Notes under the pieces: model-generated
Databases searched by the model: none
What the model saw: the letters and a program-made list of their open reading frames with translations, nothing else
Told to the model about the DNA's origin: nothing
Position numbers and translations under genes: made by a program
DNA from: the human T2T-CHM13v2.0 reference genome, Homo sapiens
Strand: one strand, 5' to 3'
DNA length: 64,000 nt
Assembly: GCF_009914755.1 (NCBI RefSeq)
Contig: NC_060926.1
Shown here: one piece after another, positions 1-11,828 of the stretch
Layout: every line of letters begins with the position of its first letter
Position numbering within the stretch: position 1 is the first letter of the stretch

Positions 1-85
1 TGTGCACACTTTACATGTATAATTTGCAGTTTACATGTGTACACAATTTACATGTGCATACAATATGTGCACTTTACATGTGTTT
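1..85. repeat. Degenerate low-complexity tandem repeat (TTTACATGT-containing units)
   Basis: TTTACATGT recurs four times in the first 85 bp with TG/CA-rich spacers; cut by the window edge. Confidence 0.6.
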
Positions 86-894
86 ATAGGCATTTCTGTA
101 TCTCCCTATAAGATTCCTTTTAAAATCATTTCCATATTTTCTTTTACTGAATTGTATATATTCTAGACACAAACCCGTGTTCAATGTTTGTATTAAAAGT
201 AACTTCACCTATTATGCAGATTACACTTAAAATTTTAGTAGTGTTTTGATGAATAAGAATTCTTAATTTTAAGTCAGTTCACTTCATTAACTGTGTCCTT
301 CATTGTGAGCATTTTTGAGTTATATTAAAATAATATATAGACTTTTAAATGTAATGCTTTTATTATAAAAAAAAGATTAGTAGTGCTTCTGGGTGATAAG
401 ACTCCAGATTTTAAAAACTTATTTCCTTTTTTGTATTTTAAAATTTTGTTATAATGTTGTTTATATTCCTACCATTGATGATAGAATTAATCATACTGCT
501 TGGCTCATTTTAGTTTATGAGGACTGGTCTGAAAAGGACTGTATTCTGTTAAGTTAATTGAATAATTCATTCTCTTTTTCCTCCTATCCCACTTTCGTCC
601 TTCTCCCCATGGACCACCATGGACCATCCTTCTATTTTATGTGTTTTTATGAAAAGTCTATTATATCAAACATATCTATTTAATTGCTTAAGATATGACT
701 TTGCTTTCACAATTTTTTATTAAGCATTAAGTTTTTAAGAACATTTTATGTTGATATGTGTACCTCAAACCTGTTGGATCTATTTGATATATAATATCCT
801 ATAGTTTGAATTTACCACATTTTACCTACCTATCTAAGTGACAGATACACATTGCCTCTGTTGTACCAGATTGCTCTTCAGAAGTGTCTGTGCC

Positions 895-3229
895 TGTATT
901 AGTCCATTCTCACACTGCTACAAAGAACTACCTGAGATTGGGTAATTAATGAAGAAAAGAGATTTAATTGACTCAAGTTGACTCACAGTTCTGTTCCTCA
1001 GCCTCTATAGCAAGTATGGCTGGGAGACCTCAGGAAACTTCCAATCATGGCAGAAAGCAAAGGGGAAGCAAATATGTCCTACCAAGGCGGGGCAGGACAG
1101 AGAGCCAAAGGGGAAGTGTGACACACTTCCAGATTTCATGAGAAATCACTCATTCTCCAGAGAACAGTAAGGGGGAAATCAGCCTCTGAGATCTAATCAC
1201 CACCCACCAGGTCCCACCCAACATTGGGAATTACAATTCAACATGAGATTTGAGCAGGGGCATAGAGCCAAACCATTTTGCCCCTGACCACTCCCAAATC
1301 TCATGTTCTTCTCACATTTCAAAACCAATCATGTCTTCCCAACAGTCCCCCAAAGTCTTAACATTTCTAGGATTAACTCAAAAAGTCCAGCTCCAAATCC
1401 TCATCTAAAACAAGGCAAGTTCCTTCTACCAATCAACCTGTAAAATCATAAACAATTAGTCAATTCCAAGATACAGTGAGAGTACAAGCATTGGGTAAAT
1501 ATTCCCATTTCAAAAGGGAGAAATTGGCCAAAACCAAGAGGCTTCAGGCCCCATGAAAATCCAAAACACAGCAAAGTAGATGTTATTCCTAAAGCTCCAA
1601 TATAAACTTTGACTCCATGTCTCACATTCAGACCACACTGAAGGGGTGGGTTCCCAAGGCCTTGTGCAGCCCTGCCCCTGTTGCTTGGCAGATTACAGCC
1701 CCGCCCCTGTTGCTTGGCAGATTACAGCCCCATGGCTGCTTTCACAGGCTGACATTGAGTTTCTGTGGCTTTTCAATGCACAGGGTGCAAGCCATCAATG
1801 GATCTACCACTCTGGGATCTGGGGATGGTGGCCCTTTCTCACAGCTCCACTAGGCAGTGCCCCAATGGGGACTCTGTGTCAGGGTTCCAACCCCACATTT
1901 CCCTTCTGCACTGCTCTAGCAGAGGTTCCCCAGAAGGGCTCCACTCCTGCAGCAGACTTCTCTCTGGACATCCAGGCATTTCCATACATCGTGTGAAATC
2001 TAACTGGAGGCTCCCAAACCTCAGCTCTTGTCATCTGCACATCTGCAGCCCCAACACCACATAGAAGCCACCAAGACTTGGGGCTTGTACCCTCTGAAGC
2101 AATGCCAGAACTGTACGTTGACCCTTTTCACCACAGCTACAGCTAGAGCAGCTAGGATTCAGGGCACCATGTTTTGAAGCTGCACAGAGCAGTGGGGTCC
2201 TGGGCCTGCCCATGAAACCATTTTTTTCCTCCATGGCTTTGAGACATGTAATGGGAGGGCTGCCGTGAAGGTCTCTGAAATGCCCTGGAGGTATTTTCCC
2301 CATTGTCTTGGTTATTCACATCAGCTTTTCTACTGCATGGTCAGGCTGCAAATTTTCCAAACTTTAATGCTCTGCTTCCCTTTTAAACATAAGTTCTAGA
2401 TTCAGGTCATTTCTTTGTTTATGCAAATGAGTATAGGCTTTTAGAAGCAGCCAGGCCACTTCTTGAATATTTTGCTGCTTGGAAATTTATTCCACCAGAC
2501 ACCCTAAATCATCTCAAGTTCAAAGTTTCACAGATCTCTAGAGCAGGGGCACAACGCTGCCAATCTCTTTGCTAAAGCATAGCAAGTATAACCTTTACTC
2601 CAGTTCCCAATAAGTTCCTCATCTCCATCTGACATCACTTCAGCCAGGACTTCACTGTTCATATCACTATCAGTGTTTTTTGGTTGTAACCATTCAACAA
2701 GCCTCTAGGAAGTTCCAAACTGTCCCTTATCTTCGTGTTTTCTTCTGATCCCTCCAAACTGTCCCAACCTCTGCTCAGTACCGAGTTCCAAAGTTGCTTC
2801 CACATTTTCAGATATCTTTATAGCAATGCCCCACCCCTGGTAACAATTCTCTGTATTAGTCCATTCTCACACTGCTATAAGGAATTATCTGAGACTGGGT
2901 AATTTATAAAAAAAGAGGTTTACTTGACTCACAGTTCCACAGGCTATACAGGAAGCATAGCTGGGAGGCCTTGGGAAACTTCCAATCATGGTGGAAGGTG
3001 AAGGGGGAGCAAGTGTGTCTTACCGTGGCAGAGCAAGTGAGAGAGCAAAGGGGGAAGTTTTAAACACTTTTAAATAACCAGATCCTGTGAGGACTCACTC
3101 AGTATTATGAGAACAGCAAGGTGGAAATCTGCCGCCATGATCCAATCACCTCCTACCAGGTCCCTCCCCACATTGGGGATTACAATTCAATATGAGATTT
3201 GGATGGGGACACAGAGCCAAACCATATAA
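895..3229 (-). mobile_element. Full-structure ERVL-MaLR element (MSTA/THE1D-type LTRs plus internal region)
   Basis: Two similar LTRs start TGTATTAGTCCATTCTCACACTGCTA (895-~1276 and 2852-3229) around a ~1.57-kb MST/THE1-int-like interior; 5-bp TSD GTGCC at 890-894 and 3230-3234. Confidence 0.92.
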
Positions 3230-3498
3230 GTGCCCATCTATATTATATCAGAGCATGAGGCTCTATTAAGGTAATATCATTCAATAAATTGTTTTTAGCA
3301 TTTTAAAATAGATATATTTATGTTTCATGCTTATTTTTAGTATCACTTCTAATGATTGTATGAATGTTTTCCTTTAAGCCTATAATATGATGTATATTAC
3401 CTGATTTCCCAAAACATATTAGCTTATTCTTGGAAATATTTTACTCATGGTTGTTTTATATTGTACTATATATATAAAGATAAATTGCATTTAGTGTT

Positions 3499-4011
3499 TG
3501 TATTAATATTCTATTGCTGCCATAACAATTGCCACAAAAATAGTAGTTTAAACAACACAGATTTATCAGCTTCTTGTTCTGAGGTTTAGAATTCTGGCAT
3601 AGGTTTCAATGGGCTAAAATTAAGTTTTTGGCAGGACTGAGTTTATTTCCGAAGCTTCTAGGGAAGAATATGTTTCCTTGTCTTTTCCATCCTCTAGATA
3701 TCTTTGCCTTTCTTGTCTTGTGGCCCCCTTCCTCTGTTGTCAAAGTTACAGCTACATAGCATATTTTGGACTCTTCTTCCACTACCATATCTCATTCTCT
3801 GACCACAGCCAGGAAAGATTCTTGCTTTTAAGGATTAATGTAGATTAATTGGCCTCTCTGGGATAGGGTAATTCAGGCATATCACCATTTTTCAAGATCC
3901 GTATCTTTAATCACAACTGCAAGTCTCTTTGCCATTGTAAGGTAACACAATCTCAGGTTTTAGAGATTAGGGCGAGGAAATCTTTGAGGATCCATTATTT
4001 TGCCTTCCATA
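3499..4011 (-). mobile_element. MLT1D-like solo LTR (ERVL-MaLR)
   Basis: TGTATTAATATTCTATTGCTGCCATAAC...GGGCTAAAAT...CCATTATTTTGCCTTCCATA matches the recalled MLT1D reverse complement; near-TSD GTGTT/GTATT. Confidence 0.8.
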
Positions 4012-4432
4012 GTATTATTCATTTAATAACATGTAAGTAAGACTCATTTGAGGTAAGTTATTCACCTGTTTTGTTAGACCTGAGTATTAGCATTACAGTG
4101 CTTTATAATATGATTTGCAGATCACCTGTTCCTTTTACTTGAAAAGTAAAAGATTTGAGTTTTAATATTGAAATAGCATATGGTATATTATTACTTCTTT
4201 GAATATGAGAAATATATTTCTTATGAAACCACATGTGTGCATCTCTTTAATAGGGTCTGGTTCCTAAAATCTATATCCAGCTTTTTTCCTAAGTATTAGA
4301 TGGCGTATGCTTTTGTCTTATCACAAACAGTAATTATTTCTTACTTTCAATTCCTCTTGTTGTGATTATACTCCCTTCCACTGTTCTAAAATTGTTTAAT
4401 TTTGTATTCGTTTATATTATTGCATTCATTGA

Positions 4433-4871
4433 CATTAGATATGAGTTTTAAATTTATTTTCAAAGAATCAGTATGTCAGTATGTTCAATTTTTTACCTTC
4501 TACTTTTAAACTTAACTTCATAAAGCAACTTTTTTTGATTACCTGACCCTGACTCATTCCAATTACCTGCTCTGTCATAACCATTTTTCCCACCAAACCA
4601 CTCACCCTGTACTCTCTTTAAATTAGCCAATCAGAATTAGTTTAGCCCATGTGGTCTAACTCCAGCCAATAGGGGAACGACACAGCAGCAGGAGCCACAT
4701 GTGTCAGGGATAAGAACCCCTTCCCCTCCCTTGTCCAAGTGTGCGCTCCCTATTGCTCCATCTGTAAGGGCGTACCCTTCTATAGAAGTACCTTGCCTTG
4801 CTGAGAATTGAAACGAAAATTTTATATTTGAGTGCTATGTCTTTTGCAGCACTGAAACTTTATTTATAACA
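4433..4871 (+). mobile_element. LTR10A-like solo LTR (HERV-I/HERVIP10 family)
   Basis: TTAGATATGAGTTTTAAATTTATTTTCAAAGAATCAGTATGTCAGTATGTTCAATT...TTTATAACA; 5-bp TSD ATTGA at 4428-4432 and 4872-4876; AP-1 site TGACTCA at 4550-4556; two CCAAT boxes. Confidence 0.82.
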
Positions 4872-4984
4872 ATTGATCTTATTATTGTGTCATAATTTCT
4901 GATTTTGTTCTGTTTTAGAAAACATCATTTTGATTTATCATTTTAATTCTTTTGTTCCTGAGTTTGTTGTGATATTCTTTCTAC

Positions 4985-5105
4985 TTTTTTTTAAACCACT
5001 TTACTGAGGTATAATTGACATGAAAAAAAAAACTACAGTTATTTAATGTATACAATTTAATGGATTTGAATATATGCGTATATCTGCAAAGTCATCACCA
5101 TACTT
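4985..5105 (-). mobile_element. Old L1M (L1MA/L1MB-type) 3' end fragment
   Basis: CTTTACTGAGGTATAATTGACA...TTTAATGTATACAATTTAATGGATTTG resembles the reverse complement of an L1M 3' terminus. Confidence 0.55.
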
Positions 5106-5148
5106 CTTGAATTGCATGGCATGTTTATTTCCTTTTTCTTAATTCCTT

Positions 5149-5481
<333 letters not shown>

Positions 5482-5934
5482 TAATATTTATACATACTTC
5501 ACTGTATACCGTTTTAGCTCCCTGAAGTATTTTTCCTCTTAGTGATATCATAATTATTAGTTGTTTCCTCTTTTTGATGCCATAGTTACTTAGAAAAGTA
5601 TTTTTTGAATGGTGTTTGGATAGCTTTTGTTTGTTTGCACATTTCTGCATCTCCCATCTAGGCCCATATATCCAACTGCTCGCTTATTTATGTTCCAATT
5701 TTACCATGTCTAAAATTGAACTCTTGATTTTTAGACTTCCAAATCAGGGTGTGGAAATTATCCACTATCTTTATCCAGAATTATGAGCTTATAATAACTT
5801 TATCCATCTGAAACTGAGTTTGAAATTAAAATTTTCAAAAACCCACTCAAAACTTGGAGTTCTCCTTTCATGAAATAAAACGGAAATCATGGTATAACTA
5901 TATTAAAGTAGACATTTAAGTATAAGGTAAATAA

Positions 5935-6170
5935 TCTACTCATTAATTCCACAAATAAATATTGTCTCCCTATTCTGTATCAGGCATGATGTTTTTTTTA
6001 AAAAAATGACAAGATTTGATTTCAGTCTCCAGCCATTAAAAGGATCACTGTTTAGTGGGAGCGACACACATCAACACTAATGGTAGAAAATCCAATATGG
6101 CAAAATCAATGAGAGAGACTGTAAAGAGCACTATCAAAGCAAAAAAAAGGGGAATCTAACCAGGGTCAGA
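5935..6170 (-). mobile_element. L2 fragment (3' region), highly decayed
   Basis: CATTAATTCCACAAATAAATATTG...TATTCTGTATCAGGCA...TTTAGTGGGAG resembles the L2 3' end. Confidence 0.45.
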
Positions 6171-6281
6171 GATGGCAAAATCAGGGAACACAAGTCTTGT
6201 TTTAACTCAATAAATACATATTGTGCTGTCCTTTAGTCATAAAATTACTTAACACATATTCTGTGTTTTAACAATGAACTA

Positions 6282-6510
6282 CAGCACAGTGGTTAAAAAC
6301 ACAGTATAGAGGCAAACTGCTTTGATTTAAAAATAAACTTCACCAGTTAACTGGTTTTGTGAGCATGGACAAGTTAATTAACTTTTTATTGCTTCAACTC
6401 CTTTATCAGTAACATGGCAATAATAGTAGAATCTCGTGGGATTTTTAGGGACATTTAATAAGTGATGATAGTACCTAGAAAATAATTTCAATGTAAGTGA
6501 TCACTGTTAT
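6282..6510 (+). mobile_element. MIR SINE
   Basis: AGCACAGTGGTTAAAAAC...GGACAAGTTAATTAAC...GCTTCAACTCCTTTATCAGTAACATGG...AATAATAGTA is a MIR core. Confidence 0.7.
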
Positions 6511-7074
6511 TCTCTAATAAGTAACTCAAATATTTGGATCAAGGAAATGAATAAAAAATGAAAAGAGCAAAGCTTGAATTTAAAATTATGTTAATACATT
6601 TTGAGTTCCTCTAACATTCTTCTCTTAGTATACTTCCAATTTTCTCATAGCTAGTCTTATTTGCTTGGAACAGTCTCTATAGAGATGTATATGAGTATAT
6701 TTACACAAAAAGAATTAAGGAAGGACATGCATTGTTACATCACTTTTTCAAAATTGTAGAGGAATTTAGTGGAAGTATGCACTGTATTTGTTAATCATAC
6801 ATTGTTTTCTTTTAGTTAACTGCTGGTATTTTAGGAGTTCTCTTTATTTTCCTACTAATTAATAACATAAATGGATTTTAATCACAGAGTGATTTATTAT
6901 ATACTTTTGTTCATATGGCTCACTTCAAATTGCTACAATGTGATTTAGATTATTTCATTTCAAGTTTTATTTTTTCCAAAAGTTTAAGCAGCAGATTAAC
7001 ACTTCTCTGACATAATTGTTCTAAGCTGACATGTTCCCTTTTGTCCGGTTGCCTGATTAGACAGCATATGAGTC

Positions 7075-7355
7075 TGTAGCTGGTGAGCTCTGTTAATTAG
7101 TGCATTGCACTGAGTCAAGGCTGACTTCCCACTTTAGGGCTCATGGCTGTGCTCTGATTCACATCCGCAGGGTGCAGTCTGCACTACTAGAAGTCTGACA
7201 AATAGTATCCTACTGGTCACAAGAGGGGCCAGACAAGGTAGTATGAGTGCATTGGTACAAACCTGTCACCATTGCTGAGGGGGAAAAAATGACAATATCT
7301 GGCTTGTTGCCAGTATATTAATAGTATCATCTTTATTTATGAAAGACAGCACATT
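7075..7355 (+). mobile_element. MamSINE1-like ancient tRNA-derived SINE
   Basis: tRNA-like head (AGCTCTGTTAATTAGTGCA...GAGTCAAGG), body motif CTGGTCACAAGAGGGGCCAG and end GAAAGACAGCAC resemble the recalled MamSINE1 consensus. Confidence 0.6.
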
Positions 7356-8639
7356 GTGGCCCACATCCAACAATTAAGGTTCTTTGTGACCTCTAGTTCT
7401 TGCTCTGAAATCAGAAATAGTTGGCTTCATTTGAAATAGCTGGCTCAAGAGCATAATAAACTTTATGTCTTCACTATTATAAAAAAGAGTGAGAAAATGT
7501 TACTCCAAACAGTTTTCCATTCAATGCTCCACATGGAAGAAGTGGGTAAGTTTTAGACCTATGATGGAGAAAGGCATTTCTCTTAGTACTTTGATTTTTA
7601 GTGACTGCCAGATCATGTGAAGTCTATTAAACCAACGATATACAGACTTCTAACTGCTCCTGGCCTCTGAAATATTCCTCCTGAGGAAGAGATGTGTAGC
7701 TATTTCATGTTGGGATATTTGCAAATCTCCCACACATTCTTCCCAGATTTTTTAAATGTACACACACACAACATAGAATAAATGCAATTGCTATGGGAAA
7801 TAGATATGGTAGAAATTGCTTTCAGTTAGCTGTAGGGGGACTATGGAGATTAAGAAAAACTCTATATTTGTAAAACTTTTTTATTAAATCTGAAAATTAG
7901 AGTCATATTAAGCAAAGATTCACAGAAATAGTCTATAGTAACTTAAACTTTCCTAATACAAAATTTAAAAAAAAGTATTTGCATTATAAAAATGTATGTA
8001 TTGAAATTCCATTATTTTTTTCATACACAGTTAGTGATGGTGTGTTTTAATACAATGGTTTTTAGTATAAGTGTCCCATCTGAAGAATAGCAACTTCATT
8101 AAACATTTATTGTGTAGCAGACATGGGCTTGGGAATGTATCTCTAACATAAATTATTTGTAAAGTAGTAATTATATCATTATTTAGAACTATCATTTTAT
8201 TTTAGCATTCTATTAAAAATGGTAACATTTAGAAACACTTGATTGAAGGTAAATTCTTCAGGGGACTTATTAGAAACATCTTCAGCCCACACACAAAATA
8301 AGACCCTTCACTTATGGTGTATTTAGCATGTTGATTGTTATCTTGATCCTTGATCCCCTTAGATTAAATACAATGCTAAAGCAAATCTCTGCTTTACATT
8401 GTGGTCATGGCTATGAATAGAATGTTCAGCTAAGTAAGATCATTACCAAAAACACAATGGATCTGGTATTGAATAATTTTTAACAACCATAATCAGTGCG
8501 TGCTGCAATGTTGCAATTAAATCTGCTACTCTACTCTTTAACTAGCTTGGTTGTGGTTGGGAATTCATTCAATCTAAGACTTAATTTCTAAGTGTATGTG
8601 TGTGTTCTCTTTTCACAACACATTGAATAAAATGATTTT

Positions 8640-8900
8640 CAGTGTGAACTTTGGAGACAGATATCTGAGTTCAAAACCCAGATTTTCTGTAATTTATCTG
8701 TTGTGGATCTTAGGTAATTGATGATAATCTTTCTGTGCCTCAGTTTGTCAGCAAAGTGGAGGTAATAGAAGCAATCACAGTACATGTTATTATGTAAAAT
8801 TGTTATCAGTATATACATATTCATACATCCACACACTCACAGACACACAGTAGTTAGATCTGTATCTGCCATACATTAAAGTCTCTTACAATATTATTAT
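8640..8900 (+). mobile_element. MIR SINE
   Basis: CTTTGGAGACAGATATCTGAGTTCAAAACCCAG...TCTGTGCCTCAGTTTG is a MIR core. Confidence 0.7.
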
Positions 8901-9162
8901 TCTGTAATAATATTTAACAGTAATTAACTACAATAATTTGGAGCCTTTTGAATTAGAAATTGATATGCTTCAAAATAAAGATCAAACCCTTGAGAACTAA
9001 AATCCTTTATTGCTAACTTTTGTTTTCACTGAATGCGGCACATGACATAGTCATTATATAATAATATTTGAGAATCAATTAAATATTATGCTCTTCCTTT
9101 TGCTGTGGCTATGAATATATGTAACTGGAATTCCCTCATTTATTGTGGCTTATGCTAATATT

Positions 9163-9350
9163 AATAATGATAAATAACAGTCTACATTAATTGAGAGCCA
9201 ACTCTGAGCCAGGTACTGATTTATATTCACAATCTTTCTGCTTTATATCCATCATTTCCAACACACCCTATCATTCTACAAGATAGGAGAAATTAACTTT
9301 ATTTTACAGACTAAGAAACTGAGATTTAAATGTAAATTAGTTACCAGATT
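9163..9350 (-). mobile_element. MIR SINE
   Basis: ATTAATTGAGAGCCAACTCTGAGCCAGGTACTG...ATTTTACAGACTAAGAAACTGAG is a reverse MIR core. Confidence 0.7.
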
Positions 9351-10066
9351 TATATGTGTATATATATATGTTTATATAACATATTATACATACGTAATTA
9401 TTCTTTATCTGTCCTTGAATAGAGACATGAAAGAAAATGGTACATTTTATGTACGAATAATTATGTTTTAGACATAAATCTATATTGAGAAATAGCTTCA
9501 ATCACAGATTAACAAACAATCAAATACTCTCTTAGTTGATTATATAAATAACTGATTCACAGTGATCTGAATGTTTTCACACTAACCCTCTCCAGAGGAA
9601 AACAGGAGGCCTGCTGAGGCCTTTTTACAACTGATAACCAGTGAGAATTTGGGTTCTCTTCTCTGGTTCACTTTGTTTCCTCATAACTAGTGTTGGAAAT
9701 CCAAGTGTAAGAACCAGAAGAGCTCTGCAAGTATCTATAGAAACTGAGAGAAAGTTGACACTGACCTTACATGTCTGATCTTTCTGGCCTCTCTGTGACC
9801 AGAAGAGGCTAAGGAAGCTAGAAAGGAAATGAGTGAGTGGGGTGATCCAGCTCTGCCCTGAACTTGAGATAGAATCAGGACTCTAACAGTAGGGCCTGCT
9901 TTATCACCAGTTCTCAGTAGGACTCTCAGGTAATATAGAGACAAACTAAGAAAACAAATATTCGTGAATTTAAGAAAGCCCAACAAATTGGAAACAGGAA
10001 AATTTGTCAGAGCAATGATAACATATATACAACAAAACAGAAATAGTGAAAAAATAGAAGATACAT

Positions 10067-11777
10067 TAATTTATTTTTTTAATTTTTTTTTAAATGTAGG
10101 CTATATTTGTAGGGTACAGGAGATATTTTGATACAGGTATGCAATGTGAGATATTTTGATGCAGGTATGTAATGTGATATAATCACATAAATGGAGAATG
10201 AGATATCCATCCCCTGAAGCATTTATCTTTTGTGTTACAAACAATCCAATTCTTTTAGTTATTTTGAAATATACAATTAAAATATACAATTGAAATATAC
10301 AATTAAGCTATTATCAACTGTAGTCACCCTGTTGTGGCATCAAATAGTATATGACTTATTCGTTCTTTCTTTTTTTTGTACATTAACACCTCCCTGCCAG
10401 CCCCCCACTATACTTTGCAGCCTCTGGTAACTGTCTTTCTACTCTCTATGTCCATGAGTTAAATTGTTTTGATTTTCAGATCCCAAAAATACGTGAGAAT
10501 ATTCAATGTTTGTCTTTCTCTGTCTGGCTTTTTTCACTTAACATAATGACCTTCTGTTCCATCCATGTTGTTGCAAATGACAGAATCTCATTCTTTTTTA
10601 TGGCTAAACAGTAATCCATTAGTATATGTACCACATTTTCTTTATTCATTCATTCATTATAGAGGTCTTTTTCACTTCTTTGGTTGATTCCTAGGTATTT
10701 AATTTTATGTGTGGCTATTACAAATGGGAGTGCGTTTTTTATTTCTTTTTCTGATTGCTCACTTTTGGGAAATAAAAATGCTGCTGATTTTTGTAAGTTG
10801 ATTTTGTATCCCGCAACTTTTGATGGACACTGAGGTTGCTTCCAAATATTAGCTACTGTGAAGAGTACTGCAACGAACATGGTAGTGCAGATACCTCTTT
10901 GATTTGCTGATTTTCTTTCTTTGGGGTATATACCCAACAGTGGGATTGCTGGATCCTACAGTAGCTTAATTTTTAGTTTTCTGAGGAAACTTCAAACTGT
11001 TCTGCATAGTGGTTGTACTAACATTCCCACTAAGAGTATTTGAGGGTTCCCCTTTGTCAACATTCTCACCAGCATTTATAATTGTCTGTCTTTTAAATGT
11101 AAAATGTAAGCCATTTTAACTGGGGTGAGATGATATCTCATTGTAATTTTTATTTGCATGTCTCTGATAATGATGTTGAGCACCTTTTCATATGTCTGTT
11201 GGCCAGTTGTATATCTTCTTTTGAGAAATGTCTATTCAAATCTTTTGTTATGTTTTAATCAGATTATTAGATTTTTTTTTTCTATAGGATTGTATGAGCT
11301 CCTTATATATTCTGTTTTGGTTACGCCCCTGATCAATGGGTAGATTGCTAATATTTTATCCCGGTCTGTGGCCCGACTCCTCATTTAGTTGATTGTTTCC
11401 TTTGATGTGCAGAGGCTTTTTAACTTGATGTGATCTCATTTGTCTATTTTTGCTTTGGTTTCCTGTGCTTGTGGAGTATTGCTCAATAAATTTCTGCCCA
11501 GACCAATGTCTTGGAGATTTTCTCCAATGTTTTCTTGGAGGAGTTTCATAGTTTGAGGTCTTAGACTTAAGTCTTTAATCCATTTTGATTTGATTTTGTA
11601 ATATGGTGAGAGACAGGTGTCTAATTTCATTCTTCTGCATATGGATATCCAGTTTTCCCAGCAACATTTATTGAAGAGACTAGCTTTCCCCAGTGTATGT
11701 CCTTGGCATATTTGTCAAAAATAAGTTCAATGTTAAGTGTGTGGATTTATTTATGGGTTGTCTTTTCTGTCCCATTG

Positions 11778-11828
<51 letters not shown>

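Noticed and set aside
1617-2303. Cluster of overlapping 78-116 aa ORFs
   Set aside because: All lie in the MaLR internal region and are frame-broken remnants; the repeated PAPVAWQITA peptide comes from the 29-bp duplication
7075-7140. tRNA gene
   Set aside because: Only a degenerate tRNA-like SINE head; no intact cloverleaf or B box
9575-9645. Possible exon after CACTAAC-CCTCTCCAG (branch point and acceptor-like)
   Set aside because: Branch point is too close to the AG for a typical U2 intron, the downstream donor is weak, and no partner exons are identifiable
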